DNA of 64,000 nucleotides, taken from Candidatus Shapirobacteria bacterium (GTDB lineage Bacteria > Patescibacteriota > Microgenomatia > UBA12405). Below, piece after piece: positions 57,751 through 64,000 of the stretch (positions are counted from its first letter, which is position 1; every line of letters starts with the position of its first letter). Under the pieces are notes generated by a model, which saw nothing but the letters and a program-made list of their open reading frames with translations, did not search any database and was not told the DNA's origin. Made by a program: the position numbers and the translations under genes. The stretch spans positions 33,962-97,961 of the forward strand of contig JBAYUY010000001.1 in the NCBI GenBank assembly GCA_041674845.1, given 5' to 3'.

Positions 57751-58053
57751 ATGGCATTAATCAATTGTCCTGAATGTAAACAACAAATTTCTGACACTGC
57801 TCCAACCTGTCCACATTGTGGTTTTATCCAACATGCTACACCCGTTGAAGGTTCTGGAAACTTAAATCAAAAAACAATTACAATTGAATCAACAAATAAG
57901 ACATGGAAATTGGTCATGATAGTGGCTATTTTAGTGTTTATTATTGGTGGTATGGTGGGTGCTTCTGATAGAGAATTCGGTTTTTCTTTAGTCGGATTGA
58001 GTGTATTAATTTTTATCGTAGCAAAAATTGGTGCTTGGTGGAGCAATAAATAA
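57751..58053 (+). CDS. zinc-ribbon protein with two C-terminal TM helices
   Basis: CPECKQQISDTAPTCPHCG, then two hydrophobic helices. Confidence 0.6.
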   Translation: MALINCPECKQQISDTAPTCPHCGFIQHATPVEGSGNLNQKTITIESTNKTWKLVMIVAILVFIIGGMVGASDREFGFSLVGLSVLIFIVAKIGAWWSNK

Positions 58054-58077
58054 AGGTATTTACCGCCTAAGTTATCT

Positions 58078-59616
58078 TTAATACCCACACACAGCAGTCC
58101 TAATTGACTCCAAGGCGGGGAGCAGAGACTTACTTAATATAACCTTATTATTTTCCGCTAAGATAGAGATAATTGGTGTGTAGACTACTCTCGATATTTG
58201 ACGATCCTTGACATAAATCTTCTCAAAAAAGAATCTGAGGTAATGTCGTTTCAAAAACTCGGGAGCGTCAATGTAAGTTTGATGAATGTTTTGTGTAAAA
58301 GATAGAACTTCCTCAACTAAATTGATTTCTAAGTTTCCACCCTTTTCGATCTTATTGATTTCATTGCTAATGTTTTCGATCCTATCTTGAATCTCGGTGT
58401 GTTTGCGTTTAAAGACGGTTCTATCAATAGTCCCGTCGAGTAAGTTGTCCTCTAATCGATTTCTTTTGGTCTCAAGGCCGGTCTTTTGGTTGACATAGGC
58501 CTGTATTCTTGAAGCCGTGTTTTTTCTGCCATCGGCGATATGTTCTTTACACTTTTCGATCACCATATCGATAAATGTTTGTGAGAATTGAACTGTTTTC
58601 ATTAGTTCTTCAACTTGTGTTTCCAAATTTACCATTTCAATATAAACAGCTGGACAATTATTTCGGTCCCTTTTAGGACAGTGATAATAAGCTATTTTAC
58701 CTCCTCGAGCCTTTAAACTCACTTCGTCCTTGTGCCATTCGGCGGTGAATCTTTGCCCACAATGGTCACAATAAATAAAGCCTCTTAATAAAAAATTGTG
58801 TACTCGTTTGCGGATTAAAAAACTTCGGTGCTTGGCTGCCACATATTGGCAAATGTCGTACAGTTCTTTGGTAATTATTGGTATCTGATTACCCATTTTT
58901 GATTCACCATGCCATCGTATAAGGCCGTAATAGAAGGGATTTCGCAAAATATTATTTAATGTACTCCTGCCAAATATTGTGCCATTTTTAGAGACCATAT
59001 TTCGGTCCTCTAACCAATCTTGTAAATATATGAGTGAATAGTTGCCGGTTGAATAAAGTTCATATAGTTCCTTAACGATTGGAGCAACCACTGGATCAGG
59101 GATACAAGTTTTTCGTTCTCTGTCTCCACCGATTGATTTATAACCAATCGGTGGGGGAGTTGGTTGCCAACCCTCAAAATACTTTTGACTTAGGGCGTCT
59201 CTTGTCCTTTGCCCATTAACCTCACTTTCCCATTGAGCCACACTGGCAAAAATGTTTGGAATCAGACTATTTCCTCCTTCCATTAAATCACCCTCATTGA
59301 TTGACAGCAATTTAATATTCTTATCTTTTAGGGTTGCGTACATTCGGGTGAAGTCGTTAACATTTCGAGCAAACCGATCAATTTTATAAATAATCACTGC
59401 GTCTACCGGTTCTTCTTCAATCAACTTAAACATTCTTTGTAACTCTGGCCTGTCGGCTGTTTTACCACTTTTTCCACTATCATCAAAAATTTCCTTTATG
59501 CGATATTCACGATCCTTAGCGTATTGCCGACATTGTCTAATCTGATTGTCAGTTGAGAATCCCTCATTCTTTTGTTCGTCAGATGAAACACGGATATATA
59601 GATAACAGTTTTTCAT
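58078..59616 (-). CDS. large serine recombinase
   Basis: YIRVSSDEQ nucleophile motif; DRFARN; recombinase domain; zinc ribbon CDHCGQ...YYHCPKRDRNNC; coiled-coil. Confidence 0.85.
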   Translation of the reverse strand: MKNCYLYIRVSSDEQKNEGFSTDNQIRQCRQYAKDREYRIKEIFDDSGKSGKTADRPELQRMFKLIEEEPVDAVIIYKIDRFARNVNDFTRMYATLKDKNIKLLSINEGDLMEGGNSLIPNIFASVAQWESEVNGQRTRDALSQKYFEGWQPTPPPIGYKSIGGDRERKTCIPDPVVAPIVKELYELYSTGNYSLIYLQDWLEDRNMVSKNGTIFGRSTLNNILRNPFYYGLIRWHGESKMGNQIPIITKELYDICQYVAAKHRSFLIRKRVHNFLLRGFIYCDHCGQRFTAEWHKDEVSLKARGGKIAYYHCPKRDRNNCPAVYIEMVNLETQVEELMKTVQFSQTFIDMVIEKCKEHIADGRKNTASRIQAYVNQKTGLETKRNRLEDNLLDGTIDRTVFKRKHTEIQDRIENISNEINKIEKGGNLEINLVEEVLSFTQNIHQTYIDAPEFLKRHYLRFFFEKIYVKDRQISRVVYTPIISILAENNKVILSKSLLPALESIRTAVCGY

Positions 59617-59618
59617 AT

Positions 59619-60011
59619 TTATTTTATGGATAAATTTGTAAAGTCTAAATACGTGTCGGGTCTCTCGGGACCAAGGTCAACAGCAACAACAGTTATTCCT
59701 GGGCTGGCAAATTCAATCATTTTTCTTACGATTGAATTACTTTTTCTTCCTAATCTTGTGAAATCTGCAACAATAAGGTATTCGACGTTATAAAGTCGCT
59801 CTAAGCACTTAACCAATAAAAATAGTCCTCTTCTTGTAATTTGATTTCCACTAATCCCTCTGTCGTGAATTACTCTTCTTACGATAACGCCTTTTTCTCT
59901 GGCATATTTTCGACATTTTCTTTCTTGTTGAGCGAGCGAGATAATTCCAGCATATTTTTCTGTTTTCGCTTTTCGAACATATATTAAACACGATCTTTTA
60001 TTTCTATACAT
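59619..60011 (-). CDS. resolvase-domain-only paralog lacking the canonical nucleophile Ser
   Basis: 130 aa; IYVRKAKTEK in place of Y-x-R-V-S-S/T; retains DRGISG and ADFTRLGR motifs; 2-nt gap to the recombinase gene. Confidence 0.6.
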   Translation of the reverse strand: MYRNKRSCLIYVRKAKTEKYAGIISLAQQERKCRKYAREKGVIVRRVIHDRGISGNQITRRGLFLLVKCLERLYNVEYLIVADFTRLGRKSNSIVRKMIEFASPGITVVAVDLGPERPDTYLDFTNLSIK

Positions 60012-60085
60012 ATATTTTTTAATCTATAAATCTAACTTAATAACTTATACTAACTTATACATTATATACCTCCTAACAAACATAT

Positions 60086-60508
60086 TTACTTGCTCATATT
60101 TAATACCTCCTTCATACTAGATAAACCTTTAACACTCCTTTTTCCTTTTCCTTTTAGATAAGTATTAATAGTCGGAAGTGTGGAACCGTTATGGAGGGGA
60201 ACAATGCTTCTTATCTGATCGGAACTGCCGTTCCTATATATCTCTAAATGTTTTGATACTTTGTAAGTGTTAGATTGATTAAATCCGTGACGAGTTTTGT
60301 ATACTAGGCCAGCATTAATTAGCTCATCGGTTAAATCACGAATATACCGAGTGGAGACTCGTACTCGTTTTGCTAATAATTCTTGTCCGGGAAAACACCA
60401 GTCATCCTTACCACAGTGTTTAATTAATACGCAATAAAGTAGCACAGCAGGAGCAGATAGTTGAGAAGGTTCAAAGATTTCGTTGGGTATCATGGAGAAG
60501 TTTTTCAT
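60086..60508 (-). CDS. helix-turn-helix protein (replication-initiator / regulator-like)
   Basis: IPNEIFEPSQLSAPAVLLYCVLIKHCGKD..CFPGQELLAKRVRVSTRYIRDLTDELINAGLV. Confidence 0.55.
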   Translation of the reverse strand: MKNFSMIPNEIFEPSQLSAPAVLLYCVLIKHCGKDDWCFPGQELLAKRVRVSTRYIRDLTDELINAGLVYKTRHGFNQSNTYKVSKHLEIYRNGSSDQIRSIVPLHNGSTLPTINTYLKGKGKRSVKGLSSMKEVLNMSK

Positions 60509-60542
60509 TTTTATTTTTATATTTATTTTTAACTTCTCCTAA

Positions 60543-60779
60543 CTAATCGCTATAAATTAACTGTTTTAAGTCCTTTTGGGCACTAAAAAATCGGTGGGGT
60601 TCTATTAGCGCCTCATAGCGCAAGAATTTATCGGTGGCTGACTTTCGTAATTCGTTTTCTTCAAAGTTAAATATCACCCGCCTTGGGTCACTTTTATCAA
60701 CAGATTTCAATGAACACCCTTCGCAGAGTAATAGGCTAGCTAATTGAAAATTATCGGTTGGGAAATATTTATCGGGCAT
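60543..60779 (-). CDS. DUF5659-like small protein
   Basis: FQLASLLLCEGCSLKSVDKSDPRRVIFNFEE; paralog of 50155-50403. Confidence 0.5.
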   Translation of the reverse strand: MPDKYFPTDNFQLASLLLCEGCSLKSVDKSDPRRVIFNFEENELRKSATDKFLRYEALIEPHRFFSAQKDLKQLIYSD

Positions 60780-60945
60780 TTGAGAGTTCTAAATTTTTAT
60801 TTTTATCTTTATTGGCCACGTTAAAGGCCGGATATAATTCAGGATTTCTTTTATAGCTGATATTTGCCAAGACAATCTCAAACCATTGCTGAGCGGCTTG
60901 TTCTACAACTTTTTTATTTATAACTGTCGTGTTCATTAGGTCCAT
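60769..60945 (-). CDS. hypothetical 58-aa protein (unlisted)
   Basis: Hand-translated MDLMNTTVINKKVVEQAAQQWFEIVLANISYKRNPELYPAFNVANKDKNKNLELSNAR; overlaps the downstream start. Confidence 0.25.
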   Translation of the reverse strand: MDLMNTTVINKKVVEQAAQQWFEIVLANISYKRNPELYPAFNVANKDKNKNLELSNAR

Positions 60946-61005
60946 TTTGACCTAACAATAGGACCATTAAAAAATACAAAGTGGTACCACTTTTCCTCAC
61001 ATTTA

Positions 61006-61818
61006 TTACCTTATGTCTTTTATTCTTTTCTTAAAATCGACAACTATTTGTCTTACTGCGGTATTTTCGATATTATAGAAGTTTTTTGGATCTTCATCAT
61101 CAGACACATAATTCAGTTTTTCGAGTATTTCCTTTACCTTATATCCAAGTTTGTAATAGATATAAACCAAAAGATCTCTCCTAAAGTATTTGTATTTTTT
61201 TGAAAGTGGATATGAGCAAAGTGATTTTTTAATATTACTGATGTCCTTCCAATTTTCCTTAATAAAGTTGATCAATTTTGTTTTAGTGGTATCTTTATAA
61301 ATTCTCAAAGATAATTTAATTGGAACTTCTGAGTCAACAAACTTTTCCCTAGCCTCACCATAATCCAACTCTATTTTTGTTTTATATCGGTATTCTTCGG
61401 GGGTAAAATGATATTCAAACCATTCATAGTCTGGCGGAACAGAAACCCCAACAGTACCATAATACAGAAAGTCTAGAATCATATCGCCATATAGTTTCCA
61501 TTCGACATTGTATTCATTACAAAGTTCGACGATAGGTTTATCATATGAATTTACTGGTGTGTTTGGTGTTTTATTTACATAATCTAGATATGAATCATAT
61601 CCCTTTTTTTCTTTATCCTGTCCATAAAATTCATTTGGTATTTTAAAACTATGTCTCATTTTTATTATTCTGTTTAAAAATTGTTTATCAGAAATTAACG
61701 AAACTATCGTCATATATTGTTCTTGGTATTTTTCAACTTTTTCTTCTTCATTCTTACTTACTTGATCTAACAAGCACTCAAAGTTTTTCCGTTCAAAATC
61801 TGACAGAGTATTTTTCAT
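61006..61818 (-). CDS. hypothetical 270-aa protein
   Basis: Long ORF, no recognised motif; C-terminal 50 aa may be an HTH. Confidence 0.45.
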   Translation of the reverse strand: MKNTLSDFERKNFECLLDQVSKNEEEKVEKYQEQYMTIVSLISDKQFLNRIIKMRHSFKIPNEFYGQDKEKKGYDSYLDYVNKTPNTPVNSYDKPIVELCNEYNVEWKLYGDMILDFLYYGTVGVSVPPDYEWFEYHFTPEEYRYKTKIELDYGEAREKFVDSEVPIKLSLRIYKDTTKTKLINFIKENWKDISNIKKSLCSYPLSKKYKYFRRDLLVYIYYKLGYKVKEILEKLNYVSDDEDPKNFYNIENTAVRQIVVDFKKRIKDIR

Positions 61819-61985
61819 TTTTATATTTATGTTTATGTTTGTACTTAGGCATATTATACGTCGTTCAAAATTAAAAATAATCGGTATTTTTCAGCTACTA
61901 TTGTCAATAGGGCTAAATCGACATATAATTACCTCAACAATCAGTTTGCCTAAACTCTACAGCAATGTGGGGCATGGTAATAAAT

Positions 61986-62030
61986 CCGAGTTAAGGGGCG
62001 CAAGCTCTCTGTTAGCTTTCCTTAACTCGG
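61986..62030 (+). other. strong hairpin within a relatively GC-rich non-coding stretch
   Basis: Perfect 11-bp stem CCGAGTTAAGG / CCTTAACTCGG with a 23-nt loop; further stems (GATTC-GAAA-GAGTC, CTCTC...GAGAG) up to about 62110. Confidence 0.5.
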
Positions 62031-62150
62031 TAATATGTCGAAAGATATATTGGATTGATTCGAAAGAGTCTCTCCGGTTAGCAGAGAGCTTTTGCCTTTC
62101 TGCTGGCATACCACTGATCAATTTATTATTTGAGAGCTAATAAATTGACT

Positions 62151-62651
62151 ATGAAGAAAGCCATTATCATCGGGGTCGTTGTTATATTAATTCTCATTTC
62201 CATATCCACTAGAACCGCTTACAATTCGTCGACTAACACGGCGAACAATACGGTCTCACCAGTGACGCCACAATCAACGATTATCCCTACGCCTAGGTAT
62301 GAATACAAAATATTAAATAAAGCTCAAAATAAGCTCTTCGACATGATTTCGGTCTTAGTAAATACCGATGAGGCCAATGGCGAGGCAATTGCCATTGAGG
62401 TTAAAAAGTCATGTTCGAAAAAATGTACCGTTGATATCTACGATGATCAAAAAGCGTTTGACCTTCAAAATGAATATACTGCTTTACTTGGACAGTCCGG
62501 AACTCAATCGAGTGACCTTACAAATTGGAAAAAGAAAAACACCGTATATCTAGCTGATCATTTTATTGGCTCGATTGATTCCGACTCTGAAAGTTATCAA
62601 CCATTTCCATTCAAAGATTGGTATTACAAAGAGTTGAAAGGGCAGAAGTAA
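62151..62651 (+). CDS. membrane-anchored/secreted hypothetical protein
   Basis: Start trimmed to MKKAIIIGVVVILILISIS signal anchor. Confidence 0.5.
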   Translation: MKKAIIIGVVVILILISISTRTAYNSSTNTANNTVSPVTPQSTIIPTPRYEYKILNKAQNKLFDMISVLVNTDEANGEAIAIEVKKSCSKKCTVDIYDDQKAFDLQNEYTALLGQSGTQSSDLTNWKKKNTVYLADHFIGSIDSDSESYQPFPFKDWYYKELKGQK

Positions 62652-62731
62652 CTCTGTCCGATTGGTCGAGGTCTAGCTAAATAAGTTGTTTTGGACTACA
62701 ATCCATTTATTAAGTAAGTGGAACTAATTGT

Positions 62732-62926
62732 ATGTCCAAAAATAAAACAACAAAATTACTCAGAATAAGCGAAGCCGCCAATATGTTGGGTGTAAACCCT
62801 GAGACTCTTCGTCGTTGGGACGGAGTTGAAGGTAAACCCAAACCTATCATTATCAGTGTTCGTGGCGACCGTAGATATAAAAAAGAGGACTTAGAAAAGT
62901 TTATTGAGAAAAATAAAAATAAATAA
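62732..62926 (+). CDS. excisionase/MerR-type HTH protein
   Basis: LLRISEAANMLGVNPETLRRWD. Confidence 0.7.
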   Translation: MSKNKTTKLLRISEAANMLGVNPETLRRWDGVEGKPKPIIISVRGDRRYKKEDLEKFIEKNKNK

Positions 62927-64000
62927 ATGTCTCGAAAAATAGGAAAACAAAATAATAATTTAATAACTCCTGGGATACATCCAATATCGAGTAATATTGA
63001 TGTTGCAGCAATTAGTTTGGTAAATAGTATACTTGCTTCAAATGGCGGATGTTCGCCTGATTTGAAGTCTCGAGATACTTGGCCAAATACTGATGGAAAC
63101 ATCGAACTACTTACTGCTACTGGTGAACCCGATGGACTGTTGACAACTCAAGTTAAACAAGTAAAGGTAGGAAAGAAATCTATCTCATATACTTTCAAAA
63201 ACAATAAGTTTGTCAACTATTGCAAAAGAGAAAGAGGGCTACCGGTAATATTTATCGGAGTTGACTTAAACAATCAAAAAGCATATTGGCTAGAAATGTC
63301 ACTGAGTTATGCCAATTCTGTTAAATCAAAAACAATACATATTCTAAAGGAAAATGTAATCGAACAAGGAAATGTGAGTTATTTACCTGTTTGGAAATAC
63401 ATTTGTGATAATCGGAAGAGACTTATCGAATCAGGTTTAGGGTATGATTTTTCGAATAATAAGCTAAATCTGCAAAAGTCTGCGATTACTCAACTATATA
63501 CAGTTTTACCGCAATCCGAGTTACTTCAAAAAAATGTTGATGCTGTTAACTCCATCATAAATGATATTAAGGAAAAAATACTTTCGTATGAGGGGATATT
63601 ATTTCTTGTATCTCCAACATATATAAATAATGCAAAAACACGGGGAATAATTCGAAAGATATTGAGTATCACGGTTCAACAGGAAGATTTGTTCATTGAT
63701 GAGTTGGGTAAAAAAGGCATACTCGTTAAAACAGGAGATATTGTTTCTTTTCAAGAAGATTCTTTAGGTCGAGAGAAAGTGTCATTTTTATTTACAAACA
63801 GTTTGCTGGATATAACAAAGATATATATATCATTCGATGACATTAAAATAAGAAAGACAATATTAAATAAAATTGCTGGTATTCATGGAATCAAACAGAT
63901 CGATGATTTTTTTGGAAAAATCAGTAAGGAATTTCTTGACAAATTGATAAAAATAAAGAGTAATGATGACATAAAAACAAATTTAGAGTTACTTGAAGAG
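62927..64000 (+). CDS. large protein with N-terminal DUF4365-like PD-(D/E)xK domain (partial, runs off the window)
   Basis: Not in the ORF track because it has no stop; the ATG directly follows the TAA of the HTH gene. Open for 358 codons. TDGNIELL...TTQVKQVK resembles the D...E-x-K / QVK motif of DUF4365. Confidence 0.5.
   Translation, partial: MSRKIGKQNNNLITPGIHPISSNIDVAAISLVNSILASNGGCSPDLKSRDTWPNTDGNIELLTATGEPDGLLTTQVKQVKVGKKSISYTFKNNKFVNYCKRERGLPVIFIGVDLNNQKAYWLEMSLSYANSVKSKTIHILKENVIEQGNVSYLPVWKYICDNRKRLIESGLGYDFSNNKLNLQKSAITQLYTVLPQSELLQKNVDAVNSIINDIKEKILSYEGILFLVSPTYINNAKTRGIIRKILSITVQQEDLFIDELGKKGILVKTGDIVSFQEDSLGREKVSFLFTNSLLDITKIYISFDDIKIRKTILNKIAGIHGIKQIDDFFGKISKEFLDKLIKIKSNDDIKTNLELLEE

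Larger units (their letters stand above)
47684..58077. mobile_element. integrated element A (large serine recombinase at the tRNA-Asn side; right boundary not determined)
   Basis: Recombinase gene abuts and overlaps the tRNA-Asn 3' half. Cargo consists of small phage/plasmid-like genes, an XRE switch and defence-type genes. A second recombinase starts a similar module at 58078. Confidence 0.5.
58078..64000. mobile_element. integrated element B (second large-serine-recombinase module; continues past the window end)
   Basis: Recombinase pair, HTH replication/regulator-like gene, DUF5659-like gene, excisionase-like HTH and nuclease-like cargo. Confidence 0.45.

Noticed and set aside
47684-58077. 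Direct repeat of the tRNA-Asn 3' end marking the far att site
   Set aside because: Not found by eye anywhere downstream. Serine recombinases do not require long duplications, so the boundaries remain undefined.
61829-62140. 103-aa plus-strand ORF
   Set aside because: No protein-like motifs. It covers a region dominated by strong hairpins and is more likely non-coding.
1-64000. CRISPR arrays, rRNA genes, reverse transcriptases/retrons
   Set aside because: No regularly spaced direct repeats, no rRNA-like sequence and no RT motifs (YxDD) were seen on either strand.

Overview
AT-rich bacterial chromosome segment read with the standard genetic code; many full-length genes end in TGA, for example nrdJ. 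Its gene content looks like a reduced-genome Patescibacteria/CPR-type organism, which is an inference. That content includes secE-nusG-rplK-rplA, NrdR with a B12-dependent class II RNR, a Suf Fe-S operon, fmt/def, MreB/PBP2, TopA, short versions of housekeeping enzymes and DUF5659-like small proteins.

Positions 1-46.4 kb are mostly core genome. They carry three toxin-antitoxin pairs (AbiEi/AbiEii, HigBA-like, BrnTA), five tRNAs, two unlisted small ribosomal or basic genes (L33 and a 29-aa Lys-rich peptide), and a single-gene ATPase insertion flanked by about 58-bp direct repeats.

Positions 46.4-64 kb are accessory. They start with a decayed cassette bounded by inverted copies of an AT-rich repeat, followed by tRNA-Asn. 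Two tandem large-serine-recombinase elements come next.
- The first element carries an XRE repressor with paired operators. It also carries a translationally coupled AAA+ ATPase / S8 subtilase pair (ietAS-like), a 418-aa PIN-like protein and a zinc-ribbon membrane protein. This is the best candidate for a defence or novel system.
- The second element carries a recombinase plus a resolvase-domain paralog lacking the nucleophile Ser. It also has a structured non-coding region and an excisionase-like HTH coupled to a large DUF4365-like (PD-(D/E)xK) protein that runs off the window.

A second candidate novel module is the operon L33 - radical SAM/SPASM - EpmA-like ligase - 58-aa basic peptide.

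All family assignments come from motifs read by eye; no database search was possible.
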